From Auanema rhodensis (lineage: Eukaryota; Animalia; Nematoda), in NCBI GenBank assembly GCA_964057225.1, contig OZ059900.1, positions 23,498,001 through 23,562,000 on the forward strand: a stretch of 64,000 bases of DNA, written 5' to 3'. The number at the start of each line of letters is the position of its first letter. Position 1 is the stretch's first letter. Below the pieces are notes generated by a model, which saw nothing but the letters and a program-made list of their open reading frames with translations, was not told the DNA's origin and did no database searches. The translations under genes were made by a program, and so were the position numbers. This document shows, piece after piece, positions 29,401 through 44,120 of the stretch.

Positions 29401-32400
29401 TTTCCAGCATAATAAAATATTTCTTATGGGAAATACTGTGTTTTTGTATTTTTCTAGTGTTCAGCATGTAAAATGCTTCATTTTAGTATGTAACACGCTG
29501 AAATTCGTTGCATTTGACGACTCATATGAACAAAAATCGATTTAATCAATATTAGCCATAAGGGGCGTGCCCTCAGAATATGCTAATTTCCTTAATTTTC
29601 TAACCCCTGTTTTTTTGTCGTGAAAGTGGAATTAGACGTTGTAGGAACAATTTTGAGCTAGGTTTCATTGACATTGCATGAGTTTGAACACATGAAATCG
29701 TAAGTCAAAACCTTGTTTACAGCGAAATTTCCAAAAACTGGTTTTCCAGCATAATAAAATATTTCTTATGGGAAATACTGTGTTTTTGTATTTTTCTAGT
29801 GTTCAGCATGTAAAATACTTCATTTTAGTATGTAACACGCTGAAATTCGTTGCATTTGACGACTCATATGAACAAAAATCGATTTAATCAATATTAGCCA
29901 TAAGGGGCGTGCCCTCAGAATATGCTAATTTCCTAAATTTTCTAACCCCTGTTTTTTTGTCGTGAAAGTGGAACTAGACGTTGTACGAACAGTTTTGAGC
30001 TAGGTTTCATTGACATTGCATGAGTTTGAACACATGAAATCGTAAGTCAAAACCTTGTTTACAGCGAAATTTCCAAAAACTGGTTTTCCAGCATAATAAA
30101 ATATTTCTTATGGGAAATACTGTGTTTTTGTATTTTTCTAGTGTTCAGCATGTAAAATGCTTCATTTTAGTATGTAACACGCTGAAATTCGTTGCATTTG
30201 ACGACTCATATGAACAAAAATCGATTTAATCAATATTAGCCATAAGGGGCGTGCCCTCAGAATATGCTAATTTCCTTAATTTTCTAACCCCTGTTTTTTT
30301 GTCGTGAAAGTGGAATTAGACGTTGTAGGAACAATTTTGAGCTAGGTTTCATTGACATTGCATGAGTTTGAACACATGAAATCGTAAGTCAAAACCTTGT
30401 TTACAGCGAAATTTCCAAAAACTGGTTTTCCAGCATAATAAAATATTTCTCATGGGAAATACTGTGTTTTTGTATTTTTCTAGTGTTCAGCATGTAAAAT
30501 ACTTCATTTTAGTATGTAACACGCTGAAATTCGTTGCATTTGACGACTCATATGAACAAAAATCGATTTAATCAATATTAGCCATAAGGGGCGTGCCCTC
30601 AGAATATGCTAATTTCCTTAATTTTCTAACCCTTGTTTTTTTGTCGTGAAACTGGAACTAGACGTTGTACAAACAATTTTGAGCTAGGTTTCATTGACAT
30701 TGCATGAGTTTGAACACATGAAATCGTAAGTCAAAACCTTGTTTACAGCGAAATTTCCAAAAACTGGTTTTCCAGCATAATAAAATATTTCTCATGGGAA
30801 ATACTGTGTTTTTGTATTTTTCTAGTGTTCAGCATGTAAAATGCTTCATTTTAGTATGTAACACGCTGAAATTCGTTGCATTTGACGACTCATATGAACA
30901 AAAATCGATTTAATCAGTATTAGTCATAAGGGGCGTGCCCTCAGAATATGCTAATTTCCTTAATTTTCTAACCCCTGTTTTTTTGTCGTGAAAGTGGAAC
31001 TAGACGTTGTACGAACAATTTTGAGCTAGGTTTCATTGACATTGCATGAGTTTGAACACATGAAATCGTAAGTCAAAACCTTGTTTACAGCGAAATTTCC
31101 AAAAACTGGTTTTCCAGCATAATAAAATATTTCTCATGGGAAATACTGTGTTTTTGTATTTTTCTAGTGTTCAGCATGTAAAATGCTTCATTTTAGTATG
31201 TAACACGCTAAAATTCGTTGCATTTGACGACTCATATGAACAAAAATCGATTTAATCAGTATTAGTCATAAGGGGCGTGCCCTCAGAATATGCTAATTTC
31301 CTTAATTTTCTAACCCCTGTTTTTTTGTCGTGAAAGTGGAACTAGACGTTGTACGAACAATTTTGAGCTAGGTTTCATTGACATTGCATGAGTTTGAACA
31401 CATGAAATCGTAAGTCAAAACCTTGTTTACAGCGAAATTTCCAAAAACTGGTTTTCCAGCATAATAAAATATTTCTCATGGGAAATACTGTGTTTTTGTA
31501 TTTTTCTAGTGTTCAGCATGTAAAATGCTTCATTTTAGTATGTAACACGCTGAAATTCGTTGCATTTGACGACTCATATGAACAAAAATCGATTTAATCA
31601 ATATTAGCCATAAGGGGCGTGCCCTCAGAATATGCTAATTTCCTTAATTTTCTAACCCCTGTTTTTTTGTCGTGAAAGTGGAACTAGACGTTGTACGAAC
31701 AATTTTGAGCTAGGTTTCATTGACATTGCATGAGTTTGAACACATGAAATCGTAAGTCAAAACCTTGTTTACAGCGAAATTTCCAAAAACTGGTTTTCAA
31801 GCATAATAAAATATTTCTTATGGGAAATACTGTGTTTTTGTATTTTTCTAGTGTTCAGCATGTAAAATACTTCATTTTAGTATGTAACACGCTGAAATTC
31901 GTTGCATTTGACGACTCATATGAACAAAAATCGATTTAATCAATATTAGCCATAAGGGGCGTGCCCTCAGAATATGCTAATTTCCTAAATTTTCTAACCC
32001 CTGTTTTTTTGTCGTGAAAGTGGAACTAGACGTTGTACGAACAGTTTTGAGCTAGGTTTCATTGACATTGCATGAGTTTGAACACATGAAATCGTAAGTC
32101 AAAACCTTGTTTACAGCGAAATTTCCAAAAACTGGTTTTCCAGCATAATAAAATATTTCTTATGGGAAATACTGTGTTTTTGTATTTTTCTAGTGTTCAG
32201 CATGTAAAATGCTTCATTTTAGTATGTAACACGCTGAAATTCGTTGCATTTGACGACTCATATGAACAAAAATCGATTTAATCAATATTAGCCATAAGGG
32301 GCGTGCCCTCAGAATATGCTAATTTCCTTAATTTTCTAACCCCTGTTTTTTTGTCGTGAAAGTGGAATTAGACGTTGTAGGAACAATTTTGAGCTAGGTT

Positions 32401-35400
32401 TCATTGACATTGCATGAGTTTGAACACATGAAATCGTAAGTCAAAACCTTGTTTACAGCGAAATTTCCAAAAACTGGTTTTCCAGCATAATAAAATATTT
32501 CTTATGGGAAATACTGTGTTTTTGTATTTTTCTAGTGTTCAGCATGTAAAATACTTCATTTTAGTATGTAACACGCTGAAATTCGTTGCATTTGACGACT
32601 CATATGAACAAAAATCGATTTAATCAATATTAGCCATAAGGGGCGTGCCCTCAGAATATGCTAATTTCCTAAATTTTCTAACCCCTGTTTTTTTGTCGTG
32701 AAAGTGGAACTAGACGTTGTACGAACAGTTTTGAGCTAGGTTTCATTGACATTGCATGAGTTTGAACACATGAAATCGTAAGTCAAAACCTTGTTTACAG
32801 CGAAATTTCCAAAAACTGGTTTTCCAGCATAATAAAATATTTCTTATGGGAAATACTGTGTTTTTGTATTTTTCTAGTGTTCAGCATGTAAAATGCTTCA
32901 TTTTAGTATGTAACACGCTGAAATTCGTTGCATTTGACGACTCATATGAACAAAAATCGATTTAATCAATATTAGCCATAAGGGGCGTGCCCTCAGAATA
33001 TGCTAATTTCCTTAATTTTCTAACCCCTGTTTTTTTGTCGTGAAAGTGGAATTAGACGTTGTAGGAACAATTTTGAGCTAGGTTTCATTGACATTGCATG
33101 AGTTTGAACACATGAAATCGTAAGTCAAAACCTTGTTTACAGCGAAATTTCCAAAAACTGGTTTTCCAGCATAATAAAATATTTCTTATGGGAAATACTG
33201 TGTTTTTGTATTTTTCTAGTGTTCAGCATGTAAAATACTTCATTTTAGTATGTAACACGCTGAAATTCGTTGCATTTGACGACTCATATGAACAAAAATC
33301 GATTTAATCAATATTAGCCATAAGGGGCGTGCCCTCAGAATATGCTAATTTCCTAAATTTTCTAACCCCTGTTTTTTTGTCGTGAAAGTGGAACTAGACG
33401 TTGTACGAACAGTTTTGAGCTAGGTTTCATTGACATTGCATGAGTTTGAACACATGAAATCGTAAGTCAAAACCTTGTTTACAGCGAAATTTCCAAAAAC
33501 TGGTTTTCCAGCATAATAAAATATTTCTTATGGGAAATACTGTGTTTTTGTATTTTTCTAGTGTTCAGCATGTAAAATGCTTCATTTTAGTATGTAACAC
33601 GCTGAAATTCGTTGCATTTGACGACTCATATGAACAAAAATCGATTTAATCAATATTAGCCATAAGGGGCGTGCCCTCAGAATATGCTAATTTCCTTAAT
33701 TTTCTAACCCCTGTTTTTTTGTCGTGAAAGTGGAATTAGACGTTGTAGGAACAATTTTGAGCTAGGTTTCATTGACATTGCATGAGTTTGAACACATGAA
33801 ATCGTAAGTCAAAACCTTGTTTACAGCGAAATTTCCAAAAACTGGTTTTCCAGCATAATAAAATATTTCTCATGGGAAATACTGTGTTTTTGTATTTTTC
33901 TAGTGTTCAGCATGTAAAATACTTCATTTTAGTATGTAACACGCTGAAATTCGTTGCATTTGACGACTCATATGAACAAAAATCGATTTAATCAATATTA
34001 GCCATAAGGGGCGTGCCCTCAGAATATGCTAATTTCCTTAATTTTCTAACCCTTGTTTTTTTGTCGTGAAACTGGAACTAGACGTTGTACAAACAATTTT
34101 GAGCTAGGTTTCATTGACATTGCATGAGTTTGAACACATGAAATCGTAAGTCAAAACCTTGTTTACAGCGAAATTTCCAAAAACTGGTTTTCCAGCATAA
34201 TAAAATATTTCTCATGGGAAATACTGTGTTTTTGTATTTTTCTAGTGTTCAGCATGTAAAATGCTTCATTTTAGTATGTAACACGCTGAAATTCGTTGCA
34301 TTTGACGACTCATATGAACAAAAATCGATTTAATCAGTATTAGTCATAAGGGGCGTGCCCTCAGAATATGCTAATTTCCTTAATTTTCTAACCCCTGTTT
34401 TTTTGTCGTGAAAGTGGAACTAGACGTTGTACGAACAATTTTGAGCTAGGTTTCATTGACATTGCATGAGTTTGAACACATGAAATCGTAAGTCAAAACC
34501 TTGTTTACAGCGAAATTTCCAAAAACTGGTTTTCCAGCATAATAAAATATTTCTCATGGGAAATACTGTGTTTTTGTATTTTTCTAGTGTTCAGCATGTA
34601 AAATGCTTCATTTTAGTATGTAACACGCTAAAATTCGTTGCATTTGACGACTCATATGAACAAAAATCGATTTAATCAGTATTAGTCATAAGGGGCGTGC
34701 CCTCAGAATATGCTAATTTCCTTAATTTTCTAACCCCTGTTTTTTTGTCGTGAAAGTGGAACTAGACGTTGTACGAACAATTTTGAGCTAGGTTTCATTG
34801 ACATTGCATGAGTTTGAACACATGAAATCGTAAGTCAAAACCTTGTTTACAGCGAAATTTCCAAAAACTGGTTTTCCAGCATAATAAAATATTTCTCATG
34901 GGAAATACTGTGTTTTTGTATTTTTCTAGTGTTCAGCATGTAAAATGCTTCATTTTAGTATGTAACACGCTGAAATTCGTTGCATTTGACGACTCATATG
35001 AACAAAAATCGATTTAATCAATATTAGCCATAAGGGGCGTGCCCTCAGAATATGCTAATTTCCTTAATTTTCTAACCCCTGTTTTTTTGTCGTGAAAGTG
35101 GAACTAGACGTTGTACGAACAATTTTGAGCTAGGTTTCATTGACATTGCATGAGTTTGAACACATGAAATCGTAAGTCAAAACCTTGTTTACAGCGAAAT
35201 TTCCAAAAACTGGTTTTCAAGCATAATAAAATATTTCTTATGGGAAATACTGTGTTTTTGTATTTTTCTAGTGTTCAGCATGTAAAATACTTCATTTTAG
35301 TATGTAACACGCTGAAATTCGTTGCATTTGACGACTCATATGAACAAAAATCGATTTAATCAATATTAGCCATAAGGGGCGTGCCCTCAGAATATGCTAA

Positions 35401-38400
35401 TTTCCTAAATTTTCTAACCCCTGTTTTTTTGTCGTGAAAGTGGAACTAGACGTTGTACGAACAGTTTTGAGCTAGGTTTCATTGACATTGCATGAGTTTG
35501 AACACATGAAATCGTAAGTCAAAACCTTGTTTACAGCGAAATTTCCAAAAACTGGTTTTCCAGCATAATAAAATATTTCTTATGGGAAATACTGTGTTTT
35601 TGTATTTTTCTAGTGTTCAGCATGTAAAATGCTTCATTTTAGTATGTAACACGCTGAAATTCGTTGCATTTGACGACTCATATGAACAAAAATCGATTTA
35701 ATCAATATTAGCCATAAGGGGCGTGCCCTCAGAATATGCTAATTTCCTTAATTTTCTAACCCCTGTTTTTTTGTCGTGAAAGTGGAATTAGACGTTGTAG
35801 GAACAATTTTGAGCTAGGTTTCATTGACATTGCATGAGTTTGAACACATGAAATCGTAAGTCAAAACCTTGTTTACAGCGAAATTTCCAAAAACTGGTTT
35901 TCCAGCATAATAAAATATTTCTTATGGGAAATACTGTGTTTTTGTATTTTTCTAGTGTTCAGCATGTAAAATACTTCATTTTAGTATGTAACACGCTGAA
36001 ATTCGTTGCATTTGACGACTCATATGAACAAAAATCGATTTAATCAATATTAGCCATAAGGGGCGTGCCCTCAGAATATGCTAATTTCCTAAATTTTCTA
36101 ACCCCTGTTTTTTTGTCGTGAAAGTGGAACTAGACGTTGTACGAACAGTTTTGAGCTAGGTTTCATTGACATTGCATGAGTTTGAACACATGAAATCGTA
36201 AGTCAAAACCTTGTTTACAGCGAAATTTCCAAAAACTGGTTTTCCAGCATAATAAAATATTTCTTATGGGAAATACTGTGTTTTTGTATTTTTCTAGTGT
36301 TCAGCATGTAAAATGCTTCATTTTAGTATGTAACACGATGAAATTCGTTGCATTTGACGACTCATATGAACAAAAATCGATTTAATCAATATTAGCCATA
36401 AGGGGCGTGCCCTCAGAATATGCTAATTTCCTTAATTTTCTAACCCCTGTTTTTTTGTCGTGAAAGTGGAATTAGACGTTGTAGGAACAATTTTGAGCTA
36501 GGTTTCATTGACATTGCATGAGTTTGAACACATGAAATCGTAAGTCAAAACCTTGTTTACAGCGAAATTTCCAAAAACTGGTTTTCCAGCATAATAAAAT
36601 ATTTCTTATGGGAAATACTGTGTTTTTGTATTTTTCTAGTGTTCAGCATGTAAAATACTTCATTTTAGTATGTAACACGCTGAAATTCGTTGCATTTGAC
36701 GACTCATATGAACAAAAATCGATTTAATCAATATTAGCCATAAGGGGCGTGCCCTCAGAATATGCTAATTTCCTAAATTTTCTAACCCCTGTTTTTTTGT
36801 CGTGAAAGTGGAACTAGACGTTGTACGAACAGTTTTGAGCTAGGTTTCATTGACATTGCATGAGTTTGAACACATGAAATCGTAAGTCAAAACCTTGTTT
36901 ACAGCGAAATTTCCAAAAACTGGTTTTCCAGCATAATAAAATATTTCTTATGGGAAATACTGTGTTTTTGTATTTTTCTAGTGTTCAGCATGTAAAATGC
37001 TTCATTTTAGTATGTAACACGCTGAAATTCGTTGCATTTGACGACTCATATGAACAAAAATCGATTTAATCAATATTAGCCATAAGGGGCGTGCCCTCAG
37101 AATATGCTAATTTCCTTAATTTTCTAACCCCTGTTTTTTTGTCGTGAAAGTGGAATTAGACGTTGTAGGAACAATTTTGAGCTAGGTTTCATTGACATTG
37201 CATGAGTTTGAACACATGAAATCGTAAGTCAAAACCTTGTTTACAGCGAAATTTCCAAAAACTGGTTTTCCAGCATAATAAAATATTTCTCATGGGAAAT
37301 ACTGTGTTTTTGTATTTTTCTAGTGTTCAGCATGTAAAATACTTCATTTTAGTATGTAACACGCTGAAATTCGTTGCATTTGACGACTCATATGAACAAA
37401 AATCGATTTAATCAATATTAGCCATAAGGGGCGTGCCCTCAGAATATGCTAATTTCCTTAATTTTCTAACCCTTGTTTTTTTGTCGTGAAACTGGAACTA
37501 GACGTTGTACAAACAATTTTGAGCTAGGTTTCATTGACATTGCATGAGTTTGAACACATGAAATCGTAAGTCAAAACCTTGTTTACAGCGAAATTTCCAA
37601 AAACTGGTTTTCCAGCATAATAAAATATTTCTCATGGGAAATACTGTTTTTTTGTATTTTTCTAGTGTTCAGCATGTAAAATGCTTCATTTTAGTATGTA
37701 ACACGCTGAAATTCGTTGCATTTGACGACTCATATGAACAAAAATCGATTTAATCAGTATTAGTCATAAGGGGCGTGCCCTCAGAATATGCTAATTTCCT
37801 TAATTTTCTAACCCCTGTTTTTTTGTCGTGAAAGTGGAACTAGACGTTGTACGAACAATTTTGAGCTAGGTTTCATTGACATTGCATGAGTTTGAACACA
37901 TGAAATCGTAAGTCAAAACCTTGTTTACAGCGAAATTTCCAAAAACTGGTTTTCCAGCATAATAAAATATTTCTCATGGGAAATACTGTGTTTTTGTATT
38001 TTTCTAGTGTTCAGCATGTAAAATGCTTCATTTTAGTATGTAACACGCTAAAATTCGTTGCATTTGACGACTCATATGAACAAAAATCGATTTAATCAGT
38101 ATTAGTCATAAGGGGCGTGCCCTCAGAATATGCTAATTTCCTTAATTTTCTAACCCCTGTTTTTTTGTCGTGAAAGTGGAACTAGACGTTGTACGAACAA
38201 TTTTGAGCTAGGTTTCATTGACATTGCATGAGTTTGAACACATGAAATCGTAAGTCAAAACCTTGTTTACAGCGAAATTTCCAAAAACTGGTTTTCCAGC
38301 ATAATAAAATATTTCTCATGGGAAATACTGTGTTTTTGTATTTTTCTAGTGTTCAGCATGTAAAATGCTTCATTTTAGTATGTAACACGCTGAAATTCGT

Positions 38401-41384
38401 TGCATTTGACGACTCATATGAACAAAAATCGATTTAATCAATATTAGCCATAAGGGGCGTGCCCTCAGAATATGCTAATTTCCTTAATTTTCTAACCCCT
38501 GTTTTTTTGTCGTGAAAGTGGAACTAGACGTTGTACGAACAATTTTGAGCTAGGTTTCATTGACATTGCATGAGTTTGAACACATGAAATCGTAAGTCAA
38601 AACCTTGTTTACAGCGAAATTTCCAAAAACTGGTTTTCAAGCATAATAAAATATTTCTTATGGGAAATACTGTGTTTTTGTATTTTTCTAGTGTTCAGCA
38701 TGTAAAATACTTCATTTTAGTATGTAACACGCTGAAATTCGTTGCATTTGACGACTCATATGAACAAAAATCGATTTAATCAATATTAGCCATAAGGGGC
38801 GTGCCCTCAGAATATGCTAATTTCCTAAATTTTCTAACCCCTGTTTTTTTGTCGTGAAAGTGGAACTAGACGTTGTACGAACAGTTTTGAGCTAGGTTTC
38901 ATTGACATTGCATGAGTTTGAACACATGAAATCGTAAGTCAAAACCTTGTTTACAGCGAAATTTCCAAAAACTGGTTTTCCAGCATAATAAAATATTTCT
39001 TATGGGAAATACTGTGTTTTTGTATTTTTCTAGTGTTCAGCATGTAAAATGCTTCATTTTAGTATGTAACACGCTGAAATTCGTTGCATTTGACGACTCA
39101 TATGAACAAAAATCGATTTAATCAATATTAGCCATAAGGGGCGTGCCCTCAGAATATGCTAATTTCCTTAATTTTCTAACCCCTGTTTTTTTGTCGTGAA
39201 AGTGGAATTAGACGTTGTAGGAACAATTTTGAGCTAGGTTTCATTGACATTGCATGAGTTTGAACACATGAAATCGTAAGTCAAAACCTTGTTTACAGCG
39301 AAATTTCCAAAAACTGGTTTTCCAGCATAATAAAATATTTCTTATGGGAAATACTGTGTTTTTGTATTTTTCTAGTGTTCAGCATGTAAAATACTTCATT
39401 TTAGTATGTAACACGCTGAAATTCGTTGCATTTGACGACTCATATGAACAAAAATCGATTTAATCAATATTAGCCATAAGGGGCGTGCCCTCAGAATATG
39501 CTAATTTCCTAAATTTTCTAACCCCTGTTTTTTTGTCGTGAAAGTGGAACTAGACGTTGTACGAACAGTTTTGAGCTAGGTTTCATTGACATTGCATGAG
39601 TTTGAACACATGAAATCGTAAGTCAAAACCTTGTTTACAGCGAAATTTCCAAAAACTGGTTTTCCAGCATAATAAAATATTTCTTATGGGAAATACTGTG
39701 TTTTTGTATTTTTCTAGTGTTCAGCATGTAAAATGCTTCATTTTAGTATGTAACACGCTGAAATTCGTTGCATTTGACGACTCATATGAACAAAAATCGA
39801 TTTAATCAATATTAGCCATAAGGGGCGTGCCCTCAGAATATGCTAATTTCCTTAATTTTCTAACCCCTGTTTTTTTGTCGTGAAAGTGGAATTAGACGTT
39901 GTAGGAACAATTTTGAGCTAGGTTTCATTGACATTGCATGAGTTTGAACACATGAAATCGTAAGTCAAAACCTTGTTTACAGCGAAATTTCCAAAAACTG
40001 GTTTTCCAGCATAATAAAATATTTCTTATGGGAAATACTGTGTTTTTGTATTTTTCTAGTGTTCAGCATGTAAAATACTTCATTTTAGTATGTAACACGC
40101 TGAAATTCGTTGCATTTGACGACTCATATGAACAAAAATCGATTTAATCAATATTAGCCATAAGGGGCGTGCCCTCAGAATATGCTAATTTCCTAAATTT
40201 TCTAACCCCTGTTTTTTTGTCGTGAAAGTGGAACTAGACGTTGTACGAACAGTTTTGAGCTAGGTTTCATTGACATTGCATGAGTTTGAACACATGAAAT
40301 CGTAAGTCAAAACCTTGTTTACAGCGAAATTTCCAAAAACTGGTTTTCCAGCATAATAAAATATTTCTTATGGGAAATACTGTGTTTTTGTATTTTTCTA
40401 GTGTTCAGCATGTAAAATGCTTCATTTTAGTATGTAACACGCTGAAATTCGTTGCATTTGACGACTCATATGAACAAAAATCGATTTAATCAATATTAGC
40501 CATAAGGGGCGTGCCCTCAGAATATGCTAATTTCCTTAATTTTCTAACCCCTGTTTTTTTGTCGTGAAAGTGGAATTAGACGTTGTAGGAACAATTTTGA
40601 GCTAGGTTTCATTGACATTGCATGAGTTTGAACACATGAAATCGTAAGTCAAAACCTTGTTTACAGCGAAATTTCCAAAAACTGGTTTTCCAGCATAATA
40701 AAATATTTCTCATGGGAAATACTGTGTTTTTGTATTTTTCTAGTGTTCAGCATGTAAAATACTTCATTTTAGTATGTAACACGCTGAAATTCGTTGCATT
40801 TGACGACTCATATGAACAAAAATCGATTTAATCAATATTAGCCATAAGGGGCGTGCCCTCAGAATATGCTAATTTCCTTAATTTTCTAACCCTTGTTTTT
40901 TTGTCGTGAAACTGGAACTAGACGTTGTACAAACAATTTTGAGCTAGGTTTCATTGACATTGCATGAGTTTGAACACATGAAATCGTAAGTCAAAACCTT
41001 GTTTACAGCGAAATTTCCAAAAACTGGTTTTCCAGCATAATAAAATATTTCTCATGGGAAATACTGTGTTTTTGTATTTTTCTAGTGTTCAGCATGTAAA
41101 ATGCTTCATTTTAGTATGTAACACGCTGAAATTCGTTGCATTTGACGACTCATATGAACAAAAATCGATTTAATCAGTATTAGTCATAAGGGGCGTGCCC
41201 TCAGAATATGCTAATTTCCTTAATTTTCTAACCCCTGTTTTTTTGTCGTGAAAGTGGAACTAGACGTTGTACGAACAATTTTGAGCTAGGTTTCATTGAC
41301 ATTGCATGAGTTTGAACACATGAAATCGTAAGTCAAAACCTTGTTTACAGCGAAATTTCCAAAAACTGGTTTTCCAGCATAATA
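17445..41384 (+). repeat. Seven consecutive near-identical 10-mer HOR copies (3,420-bp period)
   Basis: A monomers start at 17445, 20865, 24285, 27705, 31125, 34545 and 37965. The only private changes noticed are at 24013-24014, 36338 and 37648. Confidence 0.95.
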
Positions 41385-44120
41385 AAATATTTCTCATGGG
41401 AAATACTGTGTTTTTGTATTTTTCTAGTGTTCAGCATGTAAAATGCTTCATTTTAGTATGTAACACGCTAAAATTCGTTGCATTTGACGACTCATATGAA
41501 CAAAAATCGATTTAATCAGTATTAGTCATAAGGGGCGTGCCCTCAGAATATGCTAATTTCCTTAATTTTCTAACCCCTGTTTTTTTGTCGTGAAAGTGGA
41601 ACTAGACGTTGTACGAACAATTTTGAGCTAGGTTTCATTGACATTGCATGAGTTTGAACACATGAAATCGTAAGTCAAAACCTTGTTTACAGCGAAATTT
41701 CCAAAAACTGGTTTTCCAGCATAATAAAATATTTCTCATGGGAAATACTGTGTTTTTGTATTTTTCTAGTGTTCAGCATGTAAAATGCTTCATTTTAGTA
41801 TGTAACACGCTGAAATTCGTTGCATTTGACGACTCATATGAACAAAAATCGATTTAATCAATATTAGCCATAAGGGGCGTGCCCTCAGAATATGCTAATT
41901 TCCTTAATTTTCTAACCCCTGTTTTTTTGTCGTGAAAGTGGAACTAGACGTTGTACGAACAATTTTGAGCTAGGTTTCATTGACATTGCATGAGTTTGAA
42001 CACATGAAATCGTAAGTCAAAACCTTGTTTACAGCGAAATTTCCAAAAACTGGTTTTCAAGCATAATAAAATATTTCTTATGGGAAATACTGTGTTTTTG
42101 TATTTTTCTAGTGTTCAGCATGTAAAATACTTCATTTTAGTATGTAACACGCTGAAATTCGTTGCATTTGACGACTCATATGAACAAAAATCGATTTAAT
42201 CAATATTAGCCATAAGGGGCGTGCCCTCAGAATATGCTAATTTCCTAAATTTTCTAACCCCTGTTTTTTTGTCGTGAAAGTGGAACTAGACGTTGTACGA
42301 ACAGTTTTGAGCTAGGTTTCATTGACATTGCATGAGTTTGAACACATGAAATCGTAAGTCAAAACCTTGTTTACAGCGAAATTTCCAAAAACTGGTTTTC
42401 CAGCATAATAAAATATTTCTTATGGGAAATACTGTGTTTTTGTATTTTTCTAGTGTTCAGCATGTAAAATGCTTCATTTTAGTATGTAACACGCTGAAAT
42501 TCGTTGCATTTGACGACTCATATGAACAAAAATCGATTTAATCAATATTAGCCATAAGGGGCGTGCCCTCAGAATATGCTAATTTCCTTAATTTTCTAAC
42601 CCCTGTTTTTTTGTCGTGAAAGTGGAATTAGACGTTGTAGGAACAATTTTGAGCTAGGTTTCATTGACATTGCATGAGTTTGAACACATGAAATCGTAAG
42701 TCAAAACCTTGTTTACAGCGAAATTTCCAAAAACTGGTTTTCCAGCATAATAAAATATTTCTTATGGGAAATACTGTGTTTTTGTATTTTTCTAGTGTTC
42801 AGCATGTAAAATACTTCATTTTAGTATGTAACACGCTGAAATTCGTTGCATTTGACGACTCATATGAACAAAAATCGATTTAATCAATATTAGCCATAAG
42901 GGGCGTGCCCTCAGAATATGCTAATTTCCTAAATTTTCTAACCCCTGTTTTTTTGTCGTGAAAGTGGAACTAGACGTTGTACGAACAGTTTTGAGCTAGG
43001 TTTCATTGACATTGCATGAGTTTGAACACATGAAATCGTAAGTCAAAACCTTGTTTACAGCGAAATTTCCAAAAACTGGTTTTCCAGCATAATAAAATAT
43101 TTCTTATGGGAAATACTGTGTTTTTGTATTTTTCTAGTGTTCAGCATGTAAAATGCTTCATTTTAGTATGTAACACGCTGAAATTCGTTGCATTTGACGA
43201 CTCATATGAACAAAAATCGATTTAATCAATATTAGCCATAAGGGGCGTGCCCTCAGAATATGCTAATTTCCTTAATTTTCTAACCCCTGTTTTTTTGTCG
43301 TGAAAGTGGAACTAGACGTTGTACGAACAGTTTTGAGCTAGGTTTCATTGACATTGCATGAGTTTGAACACATGAAATCGTAAGTCAAAACCTTGTTTAC
43401 AGCGAAATTTCCAAAAACTGGTTTTCCAGCATAATAAAATATTTCTTATGGGAAATACTGTGTTTTTGTATTTTTCTAGTGTTCAGCATGTAAAATGCTT
43501 CATTTTAGTATGTAACACGCTGAAATTCGTTGCATTTGACGACTCATATGAACAAAAATCGATTTAATCAATATTAGCCATAAGGGGCGTGCCCTCAGAA
43601 TATGCTAATTTCCTTAATTTTCTAACCCCTGTTTTTTTGTCGTGAAAGTGGAATTAGACGTTGTAGGAACAATTTTGAGCTAGGTTTCATTGACATTGCA
43701 TGAGTTTGAACACATGAAATCGTAAGTCAAAACCTTGTTTACAGCGAAATTTCCAAAAACTGGTTTTCCAGCATAATAAAATATTTCTCATGGGAAATAC
43801 TGTGTTTTTGTATTTTTCTAGTGTTCAGCATGTAAAATACTTCATTTTAGTATGTAACACGCTGAAATTCGTTGCATTTGACGACTCATATGAACAAAAA
43901 TCGATTTAATCAATATTAGCCATAAGGGGCGTGCCCTCAGAATATGCTAATTTCCTTAATTTTCTAACCCTTGTTTTTTTGTCGTGAAACTGGAACTAGA
44001 CGTTGTACAAACAATTTTGAGCTAGGTTTCATTGACATTGCATGAGTTTGAACACATGAAATCGTAAGTCAAAACCTTGTTTACAGCGAAATTTCCAAAA
44101 ACTGGTTTTCCAGCATAATA
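41385..44120 (+). repeat. Last, shortened HOR of the 10-mer domain (A-B-C-D-C-[D/C hybrid]-D-E)
   Basis: The monomer at 43095 has D alleles at positions 61 and 179 and C alleles at 218, 230 and 236. No F (135G/142T) follows E. Confidence 0.85.
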
